Positions 33,177 through 45,179 of a DNA stretch of 64,000 bases are shown in pieces. Where the stretch lies: the NCBI GenBank assembly GCA_001661245.1, contig KV454014.1, forward strand, positions 124,001 through 188,000, written 5' to 3'. The position numbers and the translations under genes were made by a program. Position 1 is the stretch's first letter. Every line of letters begins with the position of its first letter. The DNA is from Pachysolen tannophilus NRRL Y-2460. Its lineage: Eukaryota. Below the pieces are notes generated by a model, which was given only the letters and a program-made list of their open reading frames with translations, was not told the origin of the DNA and ran no database searches.

Positions 33177-35999
33177 AAATGGGAAGAAAGTATTTCAAAT
33201 TAAGCTTATTATTAATAATATTATTATATGCTGCATCTATATATTTATCAAACTGGAGTTTTTTTGTTTTTTTTTTTTTTTTATTTTATTTTAGTTTAGT
33301 TTAGTTTATTTTATTTTATTTTATTTTTCTTTTGCCAATATAAGATATTTTGCTCTTTTTTATTTCAATATATAATATATATATATATATATATTAGGGT
33401 GTCGAATTGAACAATTAATTTTTTTTTACTTTATTTTTTTTTGGTGTTATTATTGTTTATTGTTGTTGTGTGCCTATAATATGATTATAATTAATTTCAA
33501 ATGTAAAAATTTTTAAAAATTTGTATAAATTTCAATCTTTCTCGGGATAAGTAATTTAGTCTCAAAGAAGTTTTTTAACAGTCATGGATTTTCGGATTTA
33601 CAATCAATACTAAATCGAGTTATTGCAGGATAAAAGTGGGAAGGTACGGAGAATTTTGGAGACTCTAACCGACCCTAATAAATACTGGAATTATTAATAA
33701 CTCCTCCGTTTACAAAAAAAAAAAAAAAAAAAAAAAAATAACAATAATTTATCATACAATAATACAAATCCATGATTGTTATTAAAGAGTTTTTTTATAA
33801 ACACAAGCGTGATATCTATCTATTGCCAATTTTTTATTTATTTTATTTTTTAATTATTTTTTCGTTTCTGCCAGGTACGTGCGTATTCCATATACGTATG
33901 AATGAATGAATGAATGAATGCACTTGTTTAAATTTTTTTTTTTTTATTTTTTTTTTGCCAGCTTAATGCCTTATTAACTACTACATCTGCAAAAAATGCA
34001 TTTAAAAAAAAAATAATAATACTAATAAAATTTACAATATATTAAATGTTTTTTTTTCTTTTTTCTTTTTTTTTTTTCTTGCTATTGGTAAGAAAATTAA
34101 CTCATTGATTAAAAAAACTGAATTCTTTATCAATCATCCTTTGGTTTTTTTAAAAAGAAAGTACAATTTTTTTTTTTATCTTATTCTAATGTATGCGAAT
34201 AATCCAGGATGGAATTAAGTTGGATTATTATTAGTTGAAGTTAAAATAATATGCATCATGTAGTTTTTCATGCAACCAAATTCAGGGATTAGTGAGTTGA
34301 TACTAAAAAAATCTTGTAGATCGAGAGAACGAAAAAGAAACAAGAAACTTATTTTTGCCGCTGATGGTTTTGGTTGATCATGAAAACAGTGGGAAACAAA
34401 GAAAAGTTTTCTAATATGAATGAATTAGTTTAATTGTAAATAAATAAAAAAGTAAATTGATAAATTGCGTATATATATGCATTGAGGATAGATTTCATCC
34501 AAGATCCAAAAAAGTATGTGTAAAGAAAGAGAAAAATTTTTTTTTTTTCAACTAGGAAGATCGCGAGGGGCTAAGCGATAGGCAGCTACAGTACAGCTGT
34601 AGTATTCCTACAGCAGTACTACAGCAGCAGTATTAGTAGAAGAAGCAGCAGGGTTAAAAAAAAAAAAAAAATAAAACAAAGGTAGGTAAGTAAGTGACTA
34701 GTAATATTTTTCTTTTTTTTTTTTTTTTTCAAGCATAGCTTTTTACCAATTGCGAAAAAAAGAAAAAAAAAAACTTTTCAAAATTATGCAATAATTATTA
34801 AAGCGAGAACCGAAACTTTAATTTTTTGATTTTTAAGCACGTTTGAATGTATGAAAAACCGTAAAAAAAGGTCGTTTAATAGGTTCTTACGCGGCCGCCA
34901 AACGTTTAGTACCTATTGACCATCTACTTACTTAATCTCAAACGCCATTGAAACTACAAAAATGAGTGAATTTTGTTAAAAGTTTTTTTCTTCTCATTGC
35001 TTTTGCTATTACCATTGCAATTGCAATGGTAATTGTTGGTGGTAATTAAAGCCAACACTAAATAAAGAAATTTTTTTTTCTTTACTTACTTATCTCTTTT
35101 CTCCTAATTTGGGATTCTGAATTCTGAAAAAAGAATGAAAAAAAAAATTTTACAATTTTTCTTTTAACCCATTTTAGGAAATTTACCAATTCTGAAACTA
35201 AAACTATTTTTAAACCCTAGATAAACAAACCAATTTTAAAAAAATGAATTAGATTACAAACTTCAAGATCAAAAATTGCAGATATCATAGATAATAAATA
35301 ATAAATAATAAACAAGTAAGATATTGGAATCTTACTTATAAAGCTTAAAAAAAAAATTATTAAATATAAAGCAAAACGGCTAATTGAACCAATTTCTTTT
35401 TTTTTTATTATTATTTATTACATCTTAAAAACACCAGAATGTAGATTATTTTTCGCCACCAAAATAATAATAATTATAGCACATTTACTTGTGATTTTGT
35501 GTATTTCTTGGCTTCAAAACCTTTTCATTGTGATATCATTTAAAAGTGGGAGGGAAAATGGGAAAATGGAAAGAAAACAGGGGTGTTCTGTATAGAAACT
35601 TTTTCTTTGTTTTTTCTTTGTTTTTTTTGCCAGCCTCGGATCTTAGATTTGCCCCAAAACAGAAACAAATAGCCCCTTTGTTTTAGGAAAGCGCCCTCGT
35701 GTTAAAAAACTTGTTCCTCGGGTGTCATCAAATGTCATCAGCAACGACATTTGACGTTGCTGATGACAACCTTTGATGACGTAATCTCCACAGCCCCAAT
35801 AATGTTTTTTTTCTTTCTACACTACCTTTAATTTTAAGGGGCTGTTGGAAATTTTTTGTGTGCCTTTAATTTTTCAATTGTTACGTAGCAGGTTAACAAG
35901 AAGAAGTAAAATAAGCCTGGGAATAAAGATTTAATATAAATATATAAAGAAAAGAAGTTTATATAATTAAAAAATATAAGCAATGGAAATTAGATCAAG

Positions 36000-37673
36000 A
36001 TGAGATTAATCTTGTTAATTTTTTCCATTTTGGCAATTACAATTGCTGAAAGTATAAGAGGTGTTGCTCCTGAAGGTAAGTTTTAAGTTTTTTTTTCCCA
36101 TCCCACCCTCCTCCACAATGATTTATTTTATTTAATTGATGATATTTAAAACTAACTATTTTTTTATTATTATTAAAAAAATTGTTATTGAATAGATGAA
36201 AAAAAATATATTCCAAATGAATATAATCAATGGGCTTGCTTGAATAATCCAGAAATTATAATTGATTTTTCAAAAGTGAATGATGATTATTGTGATTGTC
36301 CCGATGGAAGTGATGAACCTGGAACTTCTCTGTGTATTAATGGTCGATTTTATTGTGAAAATAAAGGTTATATTTCAAGTTATATTCCATCTTTTAAAAT
36401 AAATGATGGAGTTTGCGATTATGAACAATGTTGTGATGGGAGTGATGAATATGGTACTCCAATTAATTGTCCAGATAGGTGTAAAGAAATTAATGATGAA
36501 TATTTAAAACTGATTTCTATTAAAAATGAAATAACTAAAAAAGGTTTACTGAAAAAACTGCAATTACTTAAAAATGCAATTTTTGAAAAAGAAAAATTAT
36601 TAATTATAATTGAAGAATTAAATAATGAAATTTTTAAAAAAAATGAATTATTATCAAAATTAAAGATTGAATTAAAAGAAAATCCAGAATTAAATGAAAT
36701 TCCAACTTTAATTGATAAATTAAATCCAAAATTAAATAAAATTAATGAATTATTAAATTTAAAAAATTTACAAATTAATTCAAATCTTGAAAAAATTTCA
36801 AATTTAGAAAAAATTTTAATAAAATTAGTTGAAAATTATAATCCAAATTTTAATGATATAGCAGTTAAAGAAGCTGTTAAAAATTATCAAGATTATTCAG
36901 TAAATAAAGATGAATTAAATGAAAATATTTCTAATCAAGATGAAAAAAATCAAATTATAACAGAATTAATTGATGAAATTAATAATTTTGATTCAGAATT
37001 TTCAATTGGAAAAACTGATTCATCATTAAATTGTGAATGTGAAAATAAAAATTTTCTTGAAAGATTAGAAGAAAATTTTGAATATTTACTTGATCAATTT
37101 TTAGGAACACTGGATAATTCAAATTTTAAAAATGAAAAAATTCAATTAAAAAATAATAAAAATAATAAAAAAAATAATAAAAATTTAAATGGTGGTAAAC
37201 ATAATTCTAAAATAGAAGAATTAGAAAAAGAAATTGATAAATTATCAAAAGATTTAAATTATTATAATTCTGAAATCTCTTCACAAAAATATGGACCAAA
37301 TGATATTTTAAGAGCTTATAAAGATAAATGTATAAATAAAATTTATGGTGAATATAATTATAAATATTGTTTCACAGATGAAGTTAAACAAGAAGGAAAT
37401 GGTCATAACGTATTAATTGGTAAATTTGATAGAGTTTCAAATAATATAGCTGAAGAAAAATTACAAATCATTTATGAAAATGGTGCTAAATGTTGGAATG
37501 GACCTATTAGAAAAGCTATTATAGATGTTGAATGTGGTGCAGATGAAGAATTATTAAGTGTTACTGAACCTGAAGTTTGTCAATATTTTTTCAAAGTTAA
37601 AAGTCCAATTGCTTGTTTTGAATCAAATGATCAATTAAATCACAATAGTGAAGTCACAAGAGATGAATTATAA
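36000..37673 (+). CDS. GTB1: Glucosidase II beta subunit; join(36000..36075,36196..37673)
   Basis: Exon 1 encodes the signal peptide MRLILLIFSILAITIAESIRGVAPE. LDLa-like VNDDYCDCPDGSDEPGTS(A)C, MRH domain YENGAKCWNGPIR...EPEVCQY and C-terminal RDEL. Confidence 0.92.
36076..36195 (+). other. Spliceosomal intron of GTB1 (120 nt)
   Basis: GTAAGT at 36076, branch point ACTAAC at 36151-36156 and TAG at 36193-36195. Splicing restores the frame (G|AT=Asp) and the signal peptide. Confidence 0.9.
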
Positions 37674-37969
37674 ATTCTGAACTCTATTTACTTCTTTTTA
37701 TAAAGAAATAATAAATTATAAACTAAATTAAAAAACATATTAAAACATTCATTCAAATGTGTCGTTATCAATGTAGACCACCTACCTACTAAATTAAATT
37801 AAATTAAAAAAAAAAAAAAAAGAAAAATAAAACCAAAACCTCTGTGAACTTCCAAAAATTAAAACCAACCTAGACCTAATAATCCAAATCTTTCACCAAT
37901 AAAATAATAAAATATATGAAAAAAAAAAAAAAAAACTTTCCCCACCCCACCATGATAATCCGATAATCG

Positions 37970-38794
37970 TCAACTTACAAAATAAACCTTATGTCCAACA
38001 ACTTTAGCATTTAAAAGAACTTTTTTTGAAGGTCTTTCTGATTTTGATTTGAAACCTTTAACAGAAGAATAAGTCATTTTAGAATCTTGTTCACTTTCTT
38101 TTAAATTTTCAAAAAATTTAACTGTTTTTAAAAAATCATCATAACAAGAATTTGAATTTTTAAATCTAATGTAATGACTTTTCTTAAACTTGTACTTTAT
38201 CAAGAAATTTTTCAATATATTTGATAAATTTTCCTTTTCTAATTTTTGAATCTTATTCTTTATTTGCTTTGTAGTAATTGGTTTTGTCAAATATGATAAT
38301 TCTTCTTCATTTAAATCTTCAATGTTATCAAAAACAGGTTTTATAATACCTTTTTCAATTAATTCCTTTTTAGATGGTCTCTTACTTAATAATCTATCCA
38401 ATGAATTTCTTTTAAAAAGTTTGGTTAATAATGTAATAACTTCAAAATTATTAATAACCCCATCATTTGAAAGAAATCGTTGATTAAGATACATTCTATA
38501 AGACAACACTCGCCAATTATAAAGATCAAGTAAAGATGGCCTTAATTCAAACCTAAACCAATTGTTCAATCTGATTCGAACTTGTGAATTTCTTTGATTT
38601 AATAAAAAATTAAAATAATATTGTGTTATTATCTGATTAAAAAATTTACTAGTACATCTTATATTCTCCAAATCATCAAAATCAAGATAACCAACTACCA
38701 GTAAGATTAATTCCAATGGTAAATTCAAAATACAAAACTCCTTAGCAATAATAGGAGAAACGTTATAAGTGTAATATGTTAAATGATCTTTCAT
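37970..38794 (-). CDS. F-box protein with RPEL-like repeats
   Basis: F-box ILNLPLELILLVVGYLDFDDLENIRCTSKFF. RPEL-like LDRLLSKRPSKKELIEKGII and a weaker RPSLLDLYNWRVL. Confidence 0.78.
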   Translation of the reverse strand: MKDHLTYYTYNVSPIIAKEFCILNLPLELILLVVGYLDFDDLENIRCTSKFFNQIITQYYFNFLLNQRNSQVRIRLNNWFRFELRPSLLDLYNWRVLSYRMYLNQRFLSNDGVINNFEVITLLTKLFKRNSLDRLLSKRPSKKELIEKGIIKPVFDNIEDLNEEELSYLTKPITTKQIKNKIQKLEKENLSNILKNFLIKYKFKKSHYIRFKNSNSCYDDFLKTVKFFENLKESEQDSKMTYSSVKGFKSKSERPSKKVLLNAKVVGHKVYFVS

Positions 38795-39300
38795 CTTTTC
38801 AATTTATAACCAAACAATCATTAGACAAAAATTCTTCTTGAAAACTCACTTCCTCTCCAAGGCTAAAAAAAACAAACAGAAAACAATCAAATCTATGATG
38901 ATGATGATGATGATGACAATAAGTAAAGATTAAATCAATTGAAATTATGCTTTTCAATGACTCTAGCGATTGGTATATATGATTAATGGTTTGAATTTAA
39001 TTATCAGCTTATTTATGAATTTTTTTGGCTTTAAAACATCCGATTATCAATACAATACAACAATGATAATAACTTTTCTTTCTTTCTCTTTCTTTCTCCA
39101 GTTGTCTCTCTAGTTCTCTTAGAGAAGCAATAAATAGTAGCAAATGGATTATAAAACCATATAAATCAATTGGTTTTAAATATGAAATTAATATATATTT
39201 TAAATCATTTATTATTTATAAAAATTGTTCGATCGCGTTAGCTCACTATATTTGAAAAATTGAACAAAATTTCAACAATTTTTACAAACTTGAATAATAG

Positions 39301-41031
39301 ATGATGGTTGGAGGAAAGAGAGCTTCGAATAGAGGTTTAGAATCTTTTGTTGAAGAAGGAGGAGTTTTGAAAAAAAATAAAGTAGGTAAAACTGGTGAAT
39401 CTGATAAAATTGGTTATAACGATGAGTTAAAACTGATTGGTGATAGTTATAGAGGTTATAAAGTGACTAAACCAGGTGAATTATTGGATGTGTTATCTAT
39501 TGATGAGATTGATTTTGAACAATTTCTGTCCAAATATGTTCTTGCACATAGGCCGTGTGTTATCAGGGGAATAATACCGAATATTCAAATTTCTAAATTC
39601 AAATCAGATGAAATAATTGATACTTTGAAATATATGCAATTTTTACAAGTTGAAAGAAAGAACAAAGGTGGGTTTGGATTAGGCACTTCAAGATGTAAGA
39701 TGACATTGGAAGAGTTGTTGACAAAATTTAAAAAGGGAGATGAAGGTTGGTACTTGACTACTCAATATCTGGAAGATGAGCCAGGTGATGAGCTAGAAAC
39801 TGGACCAGAAGATGATGATACTGGTTCTGAGGTACGACAAGTTGATGAAAGCGATAACGATTCCGAAGAAGAAGAAGAAGAAGCGGGTGAGTTATTTCCT
39901 TCCGAGATCACTGATGGGTTTTCTGATACTAGTTCAATAAACATGAATGACATGCATGATGATTTCGAAGAAGATGAAGAAGAAGAAAATGATGAAAATG
40001 ATGATGATGATGATCCGGTTATTGGCTTTGCTGGTAGAAATGGTTTACGTATATCAGAAGCTAGGGCAAGAATAAAAGAATTACTTCAACCGCCATTAGT
40101 TGCACTTGCAAAATCACCACTGGTATTACCAATTAAGACTTCATTGCTTGATTTTTTAATTCCTCAACAAATAAATTTATGGATGGGATTATCCAAACCG
40201 ACATCCAAAGATGGGAATGAAAATGAGAATGGGAAGTTTCCCATTGATGAATCGAGTTCTGATTTAAATTTAGGAAGACGTGTGCCAGGAGGTGGTTCTT
40301 CTTCAGGTTTACATCATGATCATGCTGATAATTTATATATACCTATTCAAGGTTTCAAGAGGTTTACTTTATTTTCACCTTCGAATTGTGGGGATCTTTA
40401 CACTGTTGGAGATATCTCTAGAGTTTATAATTCCGGGGTCATTGATTATAAGAGAAATTCCAATGCTCCAAATTGGAGACATTTGAGAGCCGATGGTGCA
40501 ATTATAACAGAGGTTGCACGATATAAATTACAAGAAGAGTCGAATAAATTAACTAAAATTGAAAAGAAAGAATTACTTGATTTAATCACCGAAGAAGAAG
40601 AAGGAGAAGGAGAAGAAGAAGAAGAAATTAGTGATGTTTCAAAAGATTTGGATCCTCCTTCGTTTTCACGTATTCCTTCAGCTCTTTTACATCTTGATAA
40701 AGTTAAAGATTTGGAAACAAAACGGAAAATCCAAGAATATGCTAAAGAAAAATTCCCCAAATTTCTCCCAATATCCGAAAATAAGATTGTTGTTGATTTG
40801 AAACCAGGAGAAATGTTGTACTTGCCTGTAGGTTGGTTCCATGAGGTAACATCGTTTGGTAAAGAAGATCAAGATAATAAAGATAATATACATATTGCTT
40901 TAAATTACTGGTTTCTTCCACCAGATGGTAAAGATTTATCCAAACCATATTCCGACGACTATTGGAGTAAAGATTTTGAAAGAACTACAAAATCAATTGA
41001 ATTGCTTCAACAGGGAAGGTTTACCATATAA
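39301..41031 (+). CDS. JmjC/cupin-8 domain 2-oxoglutarate/Fe(II) oxygenase
   Basis: RPCVIRG, QINLWMG, SSGLHHDHADNLY, GFKRFTLFSP, LKPGEMLYLPVGWFHEV and ALNYWF; the HxD...H triad is intact. Confidence 0.88.
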   Translation: MMVGGKRASNRGLESFVEEGGVLKKNKVGKTGESDKIGYNDELKLIGDSYRGYKVTKPGELLDVLSIDEIDFEQFLSKYVLAHRPCVIRGIIPNIQISKFKSDEIIDTLKYMQFLQVERKNKGGFGLGTSRCKMTLEELLTKFKKGDEGWYLTTQYLEDEPGDELETGPEDDDTGSEVRQVDESDNDSEEEEEEAGELFPSEITDGFSDTSSINMNDMHDDFEEDEEEENDENDDDDDPVIGFAGRNGLRISEARARIKELLQPPLVALAKSPLVLPIKTSLLDFLIPQQINLWMGLSKPTSKDGNENENGKFPIDESSSDLNLGRRVPGGGSSSGLHHDHADNLYIPIQGFKRFTLFSPSNCGDLYTVGDISRVYNSGVIDYKRNSNAPNWRHLRADGAIITEVARYKLQEESNKLTKIEKKELLDLITEEEEGEGEEEEEISDVSKDLDPPSFSRIPSALLHLDKVKDLETKRKIQEYAKEKFPKFLPISENKIVVDLKPGEMLYLPVGWFHEVTSFGKEDQDNKDNIHIALNYWFLPPDGKDLSKPYSDDYWSKDFERTTKSIELLQQGRFTI

Positions 41032-41525
41032 TACAAATTTAAATCAAGTCTACAATCTAGTTTACTTTTTATCCTCTATAATATAATCAGTTTCCACCAC
41101 CTAATCTTTCCGCCTACCAACTTGGCGCCTACTAACTTACCGCCCAACCCGCCGCCCGTGAAAATCTCTGATAATGTCTTTTTCTTTTTTACTTTTCTTT
41201 TTCTCTATCTCTCTTCCCCCCGGTTTGCCTCGGTATTTCCATTTCGAGCTTTGTGACTGTGTTTTTTCCCTCTTTCCCGATTGGGAAAGAGCTCAATAGT
41301 ACCAAATTCCAATTTCAACTTTAACCTTTTTTTCTACACACACACATATACACATACACACCCCCACCCCTCGTCCACAGCCCTTAAAAAGGACTAATTA
41401 ATCCGAATAGGAAGATAACTCCGTGTATCTAAACAATCAAGTTTTTGTATACAACATGGTGAGAGGTTGTTAACTCACTCATTGAGCAAAGGGGTTTTTT
41501 TTAAAAAGAAAAAAAAAAAAAGAAA

Positions 41526-41860
41526 NNNNNNNNNNNNNNNNNNNNNNNNNNNNNNNNNNNNNNNNNNNNNNNNNNNNNNNNNNNNNNNNNNNNNNNNNNN
41601 NNNNNNNNNNNNNNNNNNNNNNNNNNNNNNNNNNNNNNNNNNNNNNNNNNNNNNNNNNNNNNNNNNNNNNNNNNNNNNNNNNNNNNNNNNNNNNNNNNNN
41701 NNNNNNNNNNNNNNNNNNNNNNNNNNNNNNNNNNNNNNNNNNNNNNNNNNNNNNNNNNNNNNNNNNNNNNNNNNNNNNNNNNNNNNNNNNNNNNNNNNNN
41801 NNNNNNNNNNNNNNNNNNNNNNNNNNNNNNNNNNNNNNNNNNNNNNNNNNNNNNNNNNNN
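41526..41860. other. Assembly gap (N run) flanked by a duplicated ~190 bp segment
   Basis: Run of n characters; 41334-41525 reappears at 41861-~42050. Confidence 0.97.
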
Positions 41861-43412
41861 CTACACACACACATATACACATACACACCCCCACCCCTCG
41901 TCCACAGCCCTTAAAAAGGACTAATTAATCCGAATAGGAAGATAACTCCGTGTATCTAAACAATCAAGTTTTTGTATACAACATGGTGAGAGGTTGTTAA
42001 CTCACTCATTGAGCAAAGGGGTTTTTTTTAAAAAGAAAAAAAAAAAAGAATACAAAAAACCACCCGCCCACCTTATCAACTCTATATGCAATTGCAATTG
42101 TTGTTGTTTTGTTTTTTTTTACCCCCTCCCACCTCCTGCCCATTTAAACATTAATACCTTTCTTGTTTTGCCAGTTTTTATACTACCCTCACTCACTACA
42201 TTCTTTTTACGCCTATATCCGATTCAGAAGGGTCATAATTAAAAAAAAGAAAGAAAAAAAAAAAAAAAAATTCAATAGGCAGGCCTTTTCAGGCCTTTTC
42301 AGGAGCTTGTGAAAAAAAAAGCTTAAGCCAATTATCAGGTGTTGATAAAAACTTTTTACTGAAAACGGTCCGGAATTTTTCAAATTACAGAGGTTTATAA
42401 ACTTGCATAATGCATATTACTACTTACAAAAAAAAGTGTCTTTTGAGTATCATTCTCTAAATTACGCTGTGGTTCCCTTGGTTTCACTACGGTATTATTA
42501 TTTACGCATTATAGCGAGCGACTCTTTGATTATTGTATTTGTCTATTTTTCACTTTTGTTACTGGTTTTTAAGGGAAAAGAAAACTTTTTCCTATATACA
42601 AAGTATGGTATCTATCTATTTTAACAATTTGATATTTTTTTAATTCAGGTTTTTTTATCTTTTTTCTTTAAAAAAGAGTTAACGAAATTGTGAAATAAGA
42701 GAAAAAATGTAAGCATAGTTTTTTTTTTTCCAATGATGATAATATAGTTTCCATTTGGATTATGAAAAGAAAAAAATAGAAGTTCAATATTAATACCAAT
42801 GTTTGTTTTTGATTTAGTTTCAATTTCCAGTTTTCTTTATTATTTTAAAAGAAATTGGTTTGAACTTTTTTTTTTTCTTTGTTTTTTTTTTCTGCTATTT
42901 TTCTTTTTTTGTTTGGTTTTTGATTTGTTTGTTTGGCTTTCGTTTTGTTTTTAACAATATAGAGAAGCTACGCTTTCAAAGATATTTATTAACTTAAATA
43001 TCAAACTTTAAAAAGTCTTGTTTTATTAAAAATTTGGTATAAAGGTAATTTTTTATTCATTTAAAAAGTTACTTTTCGTTTTCATATATTCTTGGACTTA
43101 TATATTTGGTTTTCCAAATTTTTCAACTTTCTTTAGTTTTTTACTTCATCTATTGATTGAACAAATTTGTTTATATTCAATTATTGTTGTTGTTATTGTT
43201 ATTACTGCTTAAGAAGTGAAATAAAGTATTGGAAGAAACTTATAAGTTCAAAAAGAATTTAAAGAAAACCCAACTCTTTAATAATCATACACTACTGCAA
43301 ATACTCTAGGTTTATATGGTTTCCGGTTCTTATCACTCTATTTTTTTTGATTTTTTGAAAAAAGGGAAAACAAAAAAAAAAAAAAAAAAAGAGAAGACAA
43401 ATATTTTAGACT

Positions 43413-44300
43413 ATGGCTTTAGCAAATAGCAGACCGGTTGGTTTTCCTGATCCAACTTTATCGCCTGACTTACACCAATTAGACTTGGCTGCTTCTCCGT
43501 CCTCTTCACCAAGCTCGAGATTTGAAAGAAGTGTTTCACCATCTTCAACTACATCGTCATTTTCGTCCGCATCGACTGCAGCAACCTCGGTGACCGGAAT
43601 TAGTAACGATTTGGGTGCTGATCCTGATAGAAAATCTTCGATTGCTACTGTCACGTCTGGTATTAATGCTGTAACTATTAATTCAGTTTCTACACCTCAA
43701 TCTCAACAAGATGGAGGAAATATTACACCAGAATCAATAGTTTCAAGTAATAATGGTAATGGTAATGGTAATAAGGAAAAAAAGAAAAAAGATCCTTCAG
43801 CAAAGAAAAATCCAAATAAGGTTTCATCAAGAATTAGTTCGGCAACTGGTATTTCAAGTGCAGTTCCTGTAACTGGAGAAAGACCAAGACCAACTGCACA
43901 TCCAACTATGGATGATGATGTCTTTTTCGCTATTTTCCAAATCTTATATGATCATGATTCTGAAGCTAAAGGTATGACTGTTAAACAAATTTGTGATGTT
44001 CTTGCTGAAAAACATCCAGAAATGGATAAATTATCAACAAAAACTTCAAATCTTGTTTCTGCGAAATTGAATGCTTATGTTAAAAGAGTTGAGAAAGGTG
44101 AAAAAGAAGTTATTTATGCTTTATCAAGAGATTGGGCAGATGCATCTCCAAAGAGAATGGTTTATGTTTACAGAGGTTTGTTAACCCCAGATTATTACAT
44201 TACCGCTCGTGCCATGTGGCAGAAATTGGAAGCTGAAGGAAATTTGTTTCCTGATAGAAGTAAAGAAGAAGAGAAAAAGGCAAAGAAGGTTGAAAAGAAA

Positions 44301-44334
<34 letters not shown>

Positions 44335-45179
44335 CAAGCTCAGGTTCAAGTGCTAGTCCTGTTTCTAACTCATCATTAGCTGCTTCTAGTTCTTCTGTCA
44401 CTTCAACTGGTTCTACTCTTTCTAACTCAAATTATAAAGGAACAGGATCTATTACAGGAATTGATATGAATGTTGATATTAAAAATTCTCTTGATATTTC
44501 ATCATTTTCAGATGGCTCTTTAGATTTGAGACTTCCAACTTTATCTATTCCATACTCTGTTGCTCCCGTTACTGCTTCCTTAGGATCCGCTTTAAATCTT
44601 GTAAAAGAAAAAGATGGTGATAGTTTAAATGCTGAACTTCCATTAATTGCAAAGTCAAATCACATGACTACATCTCATCCTTCTTCTTCATCTTCATCTT
44701 CTTCGTCATCTTATTATACTAGAAGAATGTTCACCCATCCAAAGACAAAAGATGAATTTGAATTAGATGAAATTGATACTTTTTACGATGATGAGTTTGG
44801 TGATATCGATTTTGCTAGATTATCTCAAAGAGATAATAAAAGATCAAAATCAATGTCTTTCTTGCCTAACAAAAAGGCTAGATACATTACCGCAGCTGCT
44901 GCGGCTCCAAGAATTGAAAGAAGAATTTCTGCTACTTCTCCAAAGATGGCTGCTGCTGCTGCTGCTTTAAGAGAAGCAGCAATCAAGGCTTTATCTCCAG
45001 CTGAATCTGGTGTTTCGAGTCATGGAAGATCGTTGTCTATTTTCAGTGTCTCTTCTGTTGACTCAGAACCTGCTGTCAGTGCAAAGTGGCTAAAAACTAT
45101 TCGTTCTGGTTTCTTAACTCAAGATATTTCAATGCCAGAAGAAGTCACTCTTGATGAATTGGATTCATTGTTCCAATGA
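43413..45179 (+). CDS. GDS1: Gds1-like protein
   Basis: PVTGERPRP, DDDVFFAIFQILY, GMTVKQICD, SNLVSAKLNAYVK, LSRDWADASPKRMVYVYRGLL, a C-terminal WLKTIRSGFLTQDI..PE motif and adjacency to CIR2. Confidence 0.85.

Noticed and set aside
41467..42242. ORFs spanning the N run; duplicate considered as LTRs
   Set aside because: Gap artefacts. No TG...CA termini, target-site duplication or retroelement coding sequence.
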